Assembly: GCA_030684575.1 (NCBI GenBank)
Contig: JAUXVD010000021.1
Location: 92,633-156,632 of the forward strand
DNA length: 64,000 nt
Direction: 5' to 3'
From: Nitrospirota bacterium
GTDB lineage: Bacteria > Nitrospirota > Nitrospiria > Nitrospirales > Nitrospiraceae
A model generated the notes under the pieces. It was not told the origin of the DNA, searched no databases, and saw only the letters and a list, made by a program, of their open reading frames with translations. The translations under genes and the position numbers were made by a program. Within the stretch, counting starts at the first letter, position 1; every line of letters starts with the position of its first letter. Positions 17,243 through 24,877 of this stretch are shown here, in pieces.

Positions 17243-19275
17243 CCGTCCTCCTGTGATGTTTCGGACACGATCGCGAGTGCGGGAAAGATCACCGTCGCCA
17301 CGGCCCCCACCTCTCCATTCGCAACTTCCAAGCGCCCCCGATGATCAGACACAATGCCATAGCTCAAAAACAGCCCCAGCCCCGTCCCTTGACCGGCATC
17401 CTTCGTCGTAAAGAACGGATCGAAGATGCGACCGAGGATCTCTTCGGGGATACCAGGTCCATTGTCGCTCACCGTGATCGTGGCCCACGCTTCCCCATCG
17501 CGTCGCAGCCGATCCGACTGAACGGTCACCACCCCTTCACAGTCGCATCCCCGCACGGCATCGATGGCATTATTGATGAGATTGAGGACGACCGTTTCCA
17601 AACGATCGCGATCACCCATGATCGCCGGCACATCGGGGGAGAAGATAGACTCAAGGCGAACCCCCTGAGTTGCCGCCCGTTCTCGTGCCATGTCCACACA
17701 GGAACGGAGCACACAGTTCAGATCGATCGGCTTCAGCGTCGTGGCCGAGCCATGTGAGAGGGCCAACATGCTCTTGGTGATCCGACTGATCCGTTCTGCT
17801 TGGGACCGGATCGCCAGCAGATCGCGCTGCATCTCCGCCGGCAGCTTCAGTTCAGAGGCTTCCGCTTCGATACATTCAATCCGGTTGAGCATGATGCCCA
17901 AGGGATTGTTAATCTCATGGGCAATCCCGCTCGCCACCTTGCCCAGCGTCGCCAAACGTTCCGAAAGATGGAGCTGCTTCATGTGACGCGTGACCTCGGT
18001 GGTCTTTTCCTCTACCCGCCTGGTCAAATCGTTGTTCAACGATTCCATTTCAGCATGGGATGCGTTGAGTTTGTCCGCCATGCGATGCACGGCTGTCGCC
18101 AATTCTTCGAACTCGTCTCCTGTTCGAATGTCGAGCGGTCCCCCGTAGGTGCCTCGGCTAATCGCTTCGACCCCCGCCTGCAGCGTTTGGATCGGGCGGG
18201 CAATTCTGGCCGCCACATAGCGGCCGATGGCCCACAAGAGTCCGAACATGACGAAGCCGATGATAGCGAGATTGCGGAGCTGATCCCTGATCGGTGCGTA
18301 ACTTTCGGCAGGCTGTTGCCGGACAAAGACATGCCAGGTATTGCCAGGAACGCCAAGACCCAGTACCGGCGCAAAGCCGACCACGGTATCGCGAGCGCCA
18401 TGCCCATCGTCCTCAGCGACCCCCCACCCGGGATCGTTGGATACGATCATGGCCATAAGGGGCGCCGCAATGCGGTGAGCCTGACGGGGAAGGATCGGAC
18501 AGATGAGCGGCTGGCCATCGGCGCTGAACAGCATGGCATGGCCGGTCTGACCGATGCGGATTTGATTGATCATCCCGAAGAGGGTGTCGAACCGGTATGA
18601 CACCTTGATCGCGCCGATCACGATACGCTGGTGGTCGTCGAAGATCGGTACCGCCACATCGATCGTCTCTTCCGGCGAACGAAAGGAACCGCCCCGCCCG
18701 GCTGTGAGACCGCTCAGATAGACCTGTTCACCGCCTCCATCCTGAATCGCTTTCCACCAGGGTTCATCTCCGAAAAAATAATGATCCGGTTCCGATGTAG
18801 CCGCGACCAACGCTCCGTAACGGTCTGTGATGAGAATCCCGACCATCTTGTCCCCGTCCCGCACTTTTGTCTCCAGAAGAAACCGGGACAGTTCGCGGTT
18901 CAAGAGGAGGGCGGCCACGTTCGTGCCTTGCTCCCAGGCTCGGGCACGATCTTGGATTTGGACGATAGCCTTGGAATGCGCCCCGGGATAGGAACGATTG
19001 GCGAGCTCTACCGGCTGGCGAACCCGCAACGGCGCCGAGGCCAGGAGGCGAACCCGCTGGATTTCTCCTTGCACCAACATCGTCACGCGATCCGCCGCCT
19101 GAGCCGCAATCGTTTGAAAGTTCCCTCCGATCACATCGCGGAGCGATCGCATGCCCGATACATAGGCGAGGATAAGGCACGTCAGCAACGGAATGCAGCC
19201 GACCACGACAATGGCCAGTACGATGCGCCCTCTGATCGTATGAACCGTCACTCGGCTCCTTTCGGCAAGGAGCAT
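17218..19275 (-). CDS. sensor histidine kinase (periplasmic sensor, HAMP, HisKA, HATPase)
   Basis: Two TM segments flank a ~280-aa sensor region, followed by HAMP. H-box LGKVASGIAHEINNPL, G-box DNGPGI...GTGLGL. 25-nt overlap with the regulator gene. Confidence 0.85.
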   Translation of the reverse strand: MLLAERSRVTVHTIRGRIVLAIVVVGCIPLLTCLILAYVSGMRSLRDVIGGNFQTIAAQAADRVTMLVQGEIQRVRLLASAPLRVRQPVELANRSYPGAHSKAIVQIQDRARAWEQGTNVAALLLNRELSRFLLETKVRDGDKMVGILITDRYGALVAATSEPDHYFFGDEPWWKAIQDGGGEQVYLSGLTAGRGGSFRSPEETIDVAVPIFDDHQRIVIGAIKVSYRFDTLFGMINQIRIGQTGHAMLFSADGQPLICPILPRQAHRIAAPLMAMIVSNDPGWGVAEDDGHGARDTVVGFAPVLGLGVPGNTWHVFVRQQPAESYAPIRDQLRNLAIIGFVMFGLLWAIGRYVAARIARPIQTLQAGVEAISRGTYGGPLDIRTGDEFEELATAVHRMADKLNASHAEMESLNNDLTRRVEEKTTEVTRHMKQLHLSERLATLGKVASGIAHEINNPLGIMLNRIECIEAEASELKLPAEMQRDLLAIRSQAERISRITKSMLALSHGSATTLKPIDLNCVLRSCVDMARERAATQGVRLESIFSPDVPAIMGDRDRLETVVLNLINNAIDAVRGCDCEGVVTVQSDRLRRDGEAWATITVSDNGPGIPEEILGRIFDPFFTTKDAGQGTGLGLFLSYGIVSDHRGRLEVANGEVGAVATVIFPALAIVSETSQEDGWDMQAKY

Positions 19276-19458
19276 ATTCTACGCAACGCCGGGCAGAAAC
19301 CGCTAGCCTCTCATAAGCGTGGCCCAAGATCATACAACCGGCCACAAATACCTTAGAAATGAAAGGAGATGGGAGATGAGTGAGACTGGCCGAATAGAAT
19401 CGAATGTCGAAATCACAGAAGACTCTGCTGATTTACGTGAAGGTCGGCTGAGAACTGT

Positions 19459-19938
19459 TTACTTGCGTGGCTCACCCAGCAGGCACCACAAACGCCTAGT
19501 TCCTGATTTCTGATCCGTCACCGGTTCGCCGCTGAAGAAGCTGATCTGCCAGGCCACCATATCGTCGGTGGGATGCGGCGTCGCGGTCCAATAGATCCCC
19601 GACTTGATGTTGGAGAAGGGGTGGCCGGTCGGCAAGGCGGGATCATGCTGCGAAGCATCGATCAAGGTCTTGAGTTCGTCCACCGATGGAGTGCGCCAGC
19701 CCTTCTGCCCACCGACTTCTTTCGTCGCACAACGAGCCACCGACGCCCCCCATACATCGTGCTCCCGATCCGGCTCCTGTTCCCAAATCAAGCCGGTGCT
19801 GTTGTCCTTCACGGCGGCACCATTCAGCAACAACGTGAACCGAGAAGAAACAGTGGTGTCGGCTGCAAGGGCCTGACCGGTCAACGCCATCATGCCCAAT
19901 ACGATGAGACAAGCTCGAACGGCTCGCAGACGTTGCAT
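19459..19938 (-). CDS. DUF1566 (Lcl C-terminal domain) secreted protein
   Basis: Signal peptide. TGLIWEQEP ... WRTPSVDELKTLID ... YWTATP pattern as I recall for DUF1566. Confidence 0.65.
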   Translation of the reverse strand: MQRLRAVRACLIVLGMMALTGQALAADTTVSSRFTLLLNGAAVKDNSTGLIWEQEPDREHDVWGASVARCATKEVGGQKGWRTPSVDELKTLIDASQHDPALPTGHPFSNIKSGIYWTATPHPTDDMVAWQISFFSGEPVTDQKSGTRRLWCLLGEPRK

Positions 19939-19996
19939 GTTCGTACCTCCTGATCGAGGTCTATGGTAAGAGAGTTTCTGCGGGCGCGCAAGCCGG

Positions 19997-20746
19997 TTAC
20001 GGTGAGAGCCTGCGATATTGTTTGAAGAGAAGCAGCCCGCCCCATCCGAACGAAACCAGCATCAGAAGAATGCCGACGTTGTAGGCGAGGTGAGCTAGGC
20101 GATGGTCGTACTCCAACCAACCCAACATGGTCAGGATATTGTTCCAGTCGTGCCCGTCCGTTTCTTTTCCCGTCACGCCGCCAAGGAGCATGAGATCCAA
20201 TGCCCGCGCATCGTTGATATAGGGGGCGATATCCATGAAACTTTCCGCCGTCCACCAGAGGGCCACTGACGCACCGAAGGGGTCGCGCGTCTTGATGAGA
20301 AAGGTGCCCAGACAGACGAGCGGCATCAGGACCTGGCCGAGACTTCCACCCAGAATCATCATGAACCGTCCAAGGGGGATAAAGAGAAGATGGCCCGCCT
20401 CATGGAACGGCAGATTGATCAGATGGAGGAACGACTCCCCTGTGTAGTTGGTTTCGAGCGGCGTGACGATAAAGGCTCGCCCCCACCAGAGCAACAACAG
20501 AAATACCGCAACTCGTCCGGCGAACGTGACCGAGTCGGTCGGCCGATCCGAATCAATGAGCCATTCTTTAGCAAAGGCCACCCAGCGAGAGCGGTTCAGA
20601 AACAGATGCTGACGCTGCAATGGGGCAAGCGGACGATACTTCGCAAAGATGATTCCGCACTTCACACATTCTGTCGCTCCGTCGAGCCGATCAGCCTGAC
20701 ATTTTGGACAGGACAGCATTGCGATCTCTATAAGTGCCATAGGCAC
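19997..20746 (-). CDS. integral membrane protein with N-terminal zinc-ribbon
   Basis: CPKCQADRLDGATECVKCG followed by several hydrophobic segments. Function unknown. Confidence 0.6.
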   Translation of the reverse strand: MPMALIEIAMLSCPKCQADRLDGATECVKCGIIFAKYRPLAPLQRQHLFLNRSRWVAFAKEWLIDSDRPTDSVTFAGRVAVFLLLLWWGRAFIVTPLETNYTGESFLHLINLPFHEAGHLLFIPLGRFMMILGGSLGQVLMPLVCLGTFLIKTRDPFGASVALWWTAESFMDIAPYINDARALDLMLLGGVTGKETDGHDWNNILTMLGWLEYDHRLAHLAYNVGILLMLVSFGWGGLLLFKQYRRLSP

Positions 20747-20816
20747 ACTGTAGGGCCGAGTGCTCCACCAGGCAAGAAATTCTCCGGATTGATCAAGACC
20801 ACTAAATGGTGTCTGC

Positions 20817-20941
20817 GCAGGCTGCTCAAACCGGCCGTCAGCAAGGCCGCAGCCGATGGAAGCACCGGAGGCGTAGCCCCTGGCTACGTTGAGGATGCTT
20901 TCGAGGTGAGAACGAAGCTGGCGACCGGTTTCAGCAGCCTG
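20817..20941 (+). repeat. ~120-nt TIR element, family C, copy 1
   Basis: GCAGGCTGCTCAAACCGG...GCCGCAGCCGATGGAAGCACCGGAGGCGTAGCCCCTGGCTACGTTGAGGATGCTTTCGAGG...CCGGTTTCAGCAGCCTG. Ends one base before the M50 protease stop codon. Confidence 0.85.
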
Positions 20942-21916
20942 TTAGTGGAAGGAGAAAGGAATGGGCGCGAAGGTGAGGATAAACACGGCGAACGCGATCC
21001 ATCCAACCATGGTTCGCCCTCGTCCGAGCGGCACATGTGGATCGAGCACCGGCGGATGGCCGAGACCCCAGATTCCTGACATAAAGGCCCAGAGCCACCA
21101 GCCAGGCCAGCCCACGAATCCCAGCATAATCAACAGCGGCACCATGGCAAAGGCGATTGTGCGTTGGCGGGAACCCCACAGGGCGTACGCCACATGCCCG
21201 CCGTCGAGTTGGCCAATGGGAATCAGATTCAGCGATGTGACAAATAGACCGAACCAGGCGGCAAAACCAATGGGGTGCAAGACAATGTCGGCCTGAGGAG
21301 GAAGCGATCCGACGACTAGCCAGGAGATGAACTGCAAGAGCAGGGGTTCGCCCAACTGCAATCCGTAGGTCGCCGTTCGATCCACCACCGACGACAGGTT
21401 CAGGCCGATGACCAATGCCACAACTGCAACAACAAACCCGGCAAGCGGGCCTGCCACACCGATGTCGAACAATGCACGCCGGTTCATGATCGGCCCACGC
21501 AGACGGATGATGGCGCCAAACGTCCCGATAAAATGGGGAGGGCCGGGAATGAACAGAGGCAGTGAAGCCGGCACCCCGTGAATGCGGGAGAGTGCATAGT
21601 GACCACATTCATGGGTCACGAGAATCCCCAGCAACGTAGCGGCAAAGGGAATCCCGCTCCAAAGCATTTCGTAATGTTTGAGGAGAAAGTCTACGGGTCC
21701 ATGGAACGGCCCGTGAAAGGCCTGATAGGCCCCGGCCCAGAGCGTGGTAAAGATTGTCACCACAAGGAGGCTGAGGGGCAGGATCCATTTCGAGAAGGGC
21801 GTCTCCTCGAATTCGTCGTCCGCGGAATTATCGGCGAGATCTTCTGAATCTACCGCCGTAACCGGCAGTGGTCCGATGCGGTTCGGCTGGCCGTCGTTCC
21901 GCTCCTCAAGGCTCAT
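20942..21916 (-). CDS. site-2 protease family (M50) membrane metalloprotease
   Basis: HECGHYALSR (HExxH) in a polytopic membrane protein. A later GQLDGGH motif. Confidence 0.8.
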   Translation of the reverse strand: MSLEERNDGQPNRIGPLPVTAVDSEDLADNSADDEFEETPFSKWILPLSLLVVTIFTTLWAGAYQAFHGPFHGPVDFLLKHYEMLWSGIPFAATLLGILVTHECGHYALSRIHGVPASLPLFIPGPPHFIGTFGAIIRLRGPIMNRRALFDIGVAGPLAGFVVAVVALVIGLNLSSVVDRTATYGLQLGEPLLLQFISWLVVGSLPPQADIVLHPIGFAAWFGLFVTSLNLIPIGQLDGGHVAYALWGSRQRTIAFAMVPLLIMLGFVGWPGWWLWAFMSGIWGLGHPPVLDPHVPLGRGRTMVGWIAFAVFILTFAPIPFSFH

Positions 21917-22001
21917 AGTATCTTCTTCAATCGGATTACCGCAAAGCTAACGCGGCACGGCAGACATTCACTGACCACACGCCTAGTACAAGGGAAACCC
22001 T

Positions 22002-22214
22002 GCCAGGATGCTCAAAAGGCCGTCCAGCAAGGCCGCAGCGAGCAACTACCGATAGTTTTTCCAAGCTTGCTTGTTGATTTTTTTTGGAAATAGCCAGGAG
22101 GAGTCCCCCACTGCGCGCGTCCAACGAGGGTCTTCTGAGACCGCGCGTTGCGCGAGCACAGGGGACTCCTCCTGGCTATTCCTTCGTTTGCTGGCGGACT
22201 GTTTCAGCATCCTG
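22002..22214 (+). repeat. composite repeat: family C copy whose centre is replaced by an insertion carrying a type A foldback element
   Basis: C left end 22002-22039 and C right end 22185-22214 flank ~145 nt that include A2 (22089-22180). Ends immediately before the MBL gene stop codon. Confidence 0.75.
22089..22180 (+). repeat. foldback element, type A copy (A2), perfect 20-bp arms
   Basis: AATAGCCAGGAGGAGTCCCC | CACTGCGCGCGTCCAACGAGGGTCTTCTGAGACCGCGCGTTGCGCGAGCACA | GGGGACTCCTCCTGGCTATT. Confidence 0.85.
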
Positions 22215-23057
22215 TTAATGATCCAAGGCGAAGGGATTATGATCAAGCTCTTCACGAACCGTCGTGGCCGGTCCATGCCCAGGCAGCAATCGATATTCAG
22301 GCGGTAACCCGAGGACCTTGGTCCTGACCGACCCCAGATGGGTCTGGTACAGCGCACTGGGATTCGAGCGGCCGATGGATCCCGCAAACAGAGTATCGCC
22401 GACGAAACACATACGTTGAGACTCGGCATCCACTCGATAACAAATCCCGCCAGGGGTATGGCCAGGCGTCGCCAGACATTGCACGCGCAACCGTCCAACA
22501 GCAATCGTCTGGCCATCCTCCGGCGCTTTGAGCTGATCGGCAGGAGGTCGCCAACTGAGGAGTTCGACATCCTCAGATCCGAGATACACCGGCGCCTCAC
22601 GATACTTCAAAATCTGATCGATCCCATCCGCATGGTCTGCATGACCATGCGTCAGACAGATCCCGACCAGACGCAGATGGTGCTTTGATAAGACATCGAT
22701 CATTGCCGACGCATTGTAGGCGGAATCGATCAACAGCGCCTCTCCGCCGTCATACACCACATATCCCTGCACACCATAGCCATTGATCGAACCCCGTACG
22801 GTTTCCACCCACGAGATCGGAGACGCACCAGACGGCTCCCATTGGTCAATCGCAATCTGCTCCAACGGCCCGGAACGAAGTCCCAACGCCTTCGCCAACG
22901 CCCGCACCTCGGCGCGATCACGCGGAGGATCGCCTCGCTCCAACGCAGTGATGTCTCCGCCGGGCAATCCCGTCGTCCGGGAGATCTCGGCGACCGACAG
23001 CCCCTGCCCCATCCGCGCCTTCTTAATAATGTCTGAAAATTCGTCTTCCAGCGGCAT
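22215..23057 (-). CDS. MBL-fold metallo-hydrolase with N-terminal XRE-type HTH
   Basis: THGHADHADG (HxHxDH). Glyoxalase-II-like length. The N-terminal 70 aa (GLSVAEISRTTGLPGGDITALERG) look like an HTH. Confidence 0.75.
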   Translation of the reverse strand: MPLEDEFSDIIKKARMGQGLSVAEISRTTGLPGGDITALERGDPPRDRAEVRALAKALGLRSGPLEQIAIDQWEPSGASPISWVETVRGSINGYGVQGYVVYDGGEALLIDSAYNASAMIDVLSKHHLRLVGICLTHGHADHADGIDQILKYREAPVYLGSEDVELLSWRPPADQLKAPEDGQTIAVGRLRVQCLATPGHTPGGICYRVDAESQRMCFVGDTLFAGSIGRSNPSALYQTHLGSVRTKVLGLPPEYRLLPGHGPATTVREELDHNPFALDH

Positions 23058-23135
23058 ACGATAAATCCTTAGCTATCAGCAGTCCGGCCCCTCTTCTTAT
23101 TCTCTTATCCACATTCCGAAGGCGTTATTCCCAAA

Positions 23136-23387
23136 GGCGGGTGGCCCGTTGATCTCCCACTGCGCGCGTCCAACGAGGACCTTTCCTCTACCGATGGGCC
23201 CTCCACGCTTGCTCGCCCATTTTCTATTTCTAAAGGGGGTGGCCAGACTGTCCTTCACTGCGCGCATCGAGCGAGCACATTCTGATCGTGCGCGCTCTGC
23301 GAGCAAGAAGGATGGCCTGGTTGCCCCCTTCGCTTCCTTCTGAGGCCGCGCGTTGCGCGAGCACAGGAGATCGGCGGGCCACTCGCC
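23136..23387 (+). repeat. foldback element type A (A3) with a nested type B copy
   Basis: 22-bp arms 23136-23157 / 23366-23387 (3 G:T). The core halves are separated by ~180 nt containing B3. Confidence 0.8.
23235..23328 (+). repeat. foldback element type B (B3), nested inside A3
   Basis: Arms GGGGGTGGCCAGACTGTCCTT / AAGGATGGCCTGGTTGCCCCC (5 G:T, 1 A:C). Core CACTGCGCGCATCGAGCGAGCACATTCTGATCGTGCGCGCTCTGCGAGCAAG. Confidence 0.8.
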
Positions 23388-23401
23388 ACTCTTTTCTCAG
23401 C

Positions 23402-24877
23402 CTACGGAGCCACCTTCACTTCTTTAACTTCCCCAAACCCCGACAGCAACTTCGGCAGGGCCTCGCTGGCCCCGACTGCGACAATCGTCAATCGTTCGGG
23501 GTGGAAATGCTTCTTTGAGGCAGCCAGGATTTCCTCTTTCGTCAAGGCCACCACGCGGGCCCGCAACTGCTGCAGAAAATCCTTGGGGAGCCCATCGTAT
23601 TCCAATTCAATCAATCGTCCGACGATCGCCGACGAACTGGCAAAGGAGAACACAAACGAGTTCACATAGGCCTCTTTCGCTTCTGCCAATTCGCTGTCCG
23701 TCACCAACTCGGTCCTCATCCGCTCCATGTTCGCAATAAACCGCGCAATGACCTCTTGCGTCGACGGCAACTTCGTCTCTGCGCGCATCAACCAGACGCC
23801 TTGATCGTGTACCCCGGTATTCAGGCGGCTACCGACCGAGTAGGCCAATCCTCGCTTCGTGCGTATGTCGTTGAAGAGGCGGCTGCGGAAGGAGCTGCCT
23901 CCCAGGATATCGTTCGCAATCGCCAATGCCACATAGTCCGGATCCTGCTCTTTGATCGACAGGTGCCCGACGCGCAGATGCGTTTGCGACGTATCCTTGT
24001 TCACGAACCGGACGACGGGCTTTGGCGTCTTACTCTGGGGCACGTCGGCGATGGCGAGCACCGGCACCTCGCCTTTCTTCCAATCGCCGAACGTTTCGCG
24101 CAGCAGGGCCAGCATCGCCGTCTTGTCGAAATCTCCCGTTACCCCCAGCATCATCCCGTTCGGATGAATGGTGTCCCGGTGAAAGGCGACCAGGTCGTCT
24201 CTGGTGATACGGGTGACGGACTCGATGCTGCTTTCTCGCGCCGTCGGGTGATCCGCTCCATACAACAGCTTCACGAACTCGCGGCCGACGATGGAGCCGG
24301 GATTGTCTTGCCTGCGGCGAATCCCTTCGATGGTCTGCATCTTGGCCAATTCAACCTTCGCCGGTTCAAAGGCCGGTGTCCGAATCAGCCCGGCAAAAAT
24401 CTGAAGTCCCCGCTTCAAGTCTTTGCTGAGGACATCGAGCGACGCACCGCCGGATTGCCGTCCGATTGAAATACCGACGTCTCCGGCGAACTGCTCCAAC
24501 TCCTCGTCCACTTGTTCAGCCGACAGACCGCCGCCCCCGCCGGTCCGCATGATGGAGCCAGTGAGCGACGCCAGGCCGACTTTATCCGCAGGATCGAGCC
24601 AGCCGCCCGTCCGCATGGTCGCGGTGATACTGACCAACGGCAGCTCATGGTCCTCCAGGAGATAGACCACCATGCCGTTTTCGAGCACCACGCGATCCGG
24701 CTCTGGAGGCGTGAACTCAACCGGCTTGAACGTCATCTGCCGCGGATCGCCCAACGCCGGATTGCCGGCACAGGCGGTCAGCGCCGGAACGGTAAAGGCC
24801 ATGACCATCGCGATCAAAATACCGCATCCCCGTTTCACATTTCGCGGTTCACGTTTCACGTCCCTCATCCCCCTCAT
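23402..24877 (-). CDS. M16 family peptidase, likely non-catalytic subunit
   Basis: Insulinase-like length and pairing with the upstream M16 gene (ATGA overlap). No HxxEH motif seen. Confidence 0.75.
   Translation of the reverse strand: MRGMRDVKREPRNVKRGCGILIAMVMAFTVPALTACAGNPALGDPRQMTFKPVEFTPPEPDRVVLENGMVVYLLEDHELPLVSITATMRTGGWLDPADKVGLASLTGSIMRTGGGGGLSAEQVDEELEQFAGDVGISIGRQSGGASLDVLSKDLKRGLQIFAGLIRTPAFEPAKVELAKMQTIEGIRRRQDNPGSIVGREFVKLLYGADHPTARESSIESVTRITRDDLVAFHRDTIHPNGMMLGVTGDFDKTAMLALLRETFGDWKKGEVPVLAIADVPQSKTPKPVVRFVNKDTSQTHLRVGHLSIKEQDPDYVALAIANDILGGSSFRSRLFNDIRTKRGLAYSVGSRLNTGVHDQGVWLMRAETKLPSTQEVIARFIANMERMRTELVTDSELAEAKEAYVNSFVFSFASSSAIVGRLIELEYDGLPKDFLQQLRARVVALTKEEILAASKKHFHPERLTIVAVGASEALPKLLSGFGEVKEVKVAP

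Noticed and set aside
20390-21079. ORFs translating across family C repeats and sharing the peptide ADGSTGGVAPGYVEDAFE (also 31772..32002 and 58774..59040)
   Set aside because: The shared peptide comes from a repeated DNA element that occurs in both orientations, abuts stop codons of real genes, has terminal inverted repeats, and shows hairpin-preserving substitutions. The flanking parts of these ORFs are unrelated to each other.
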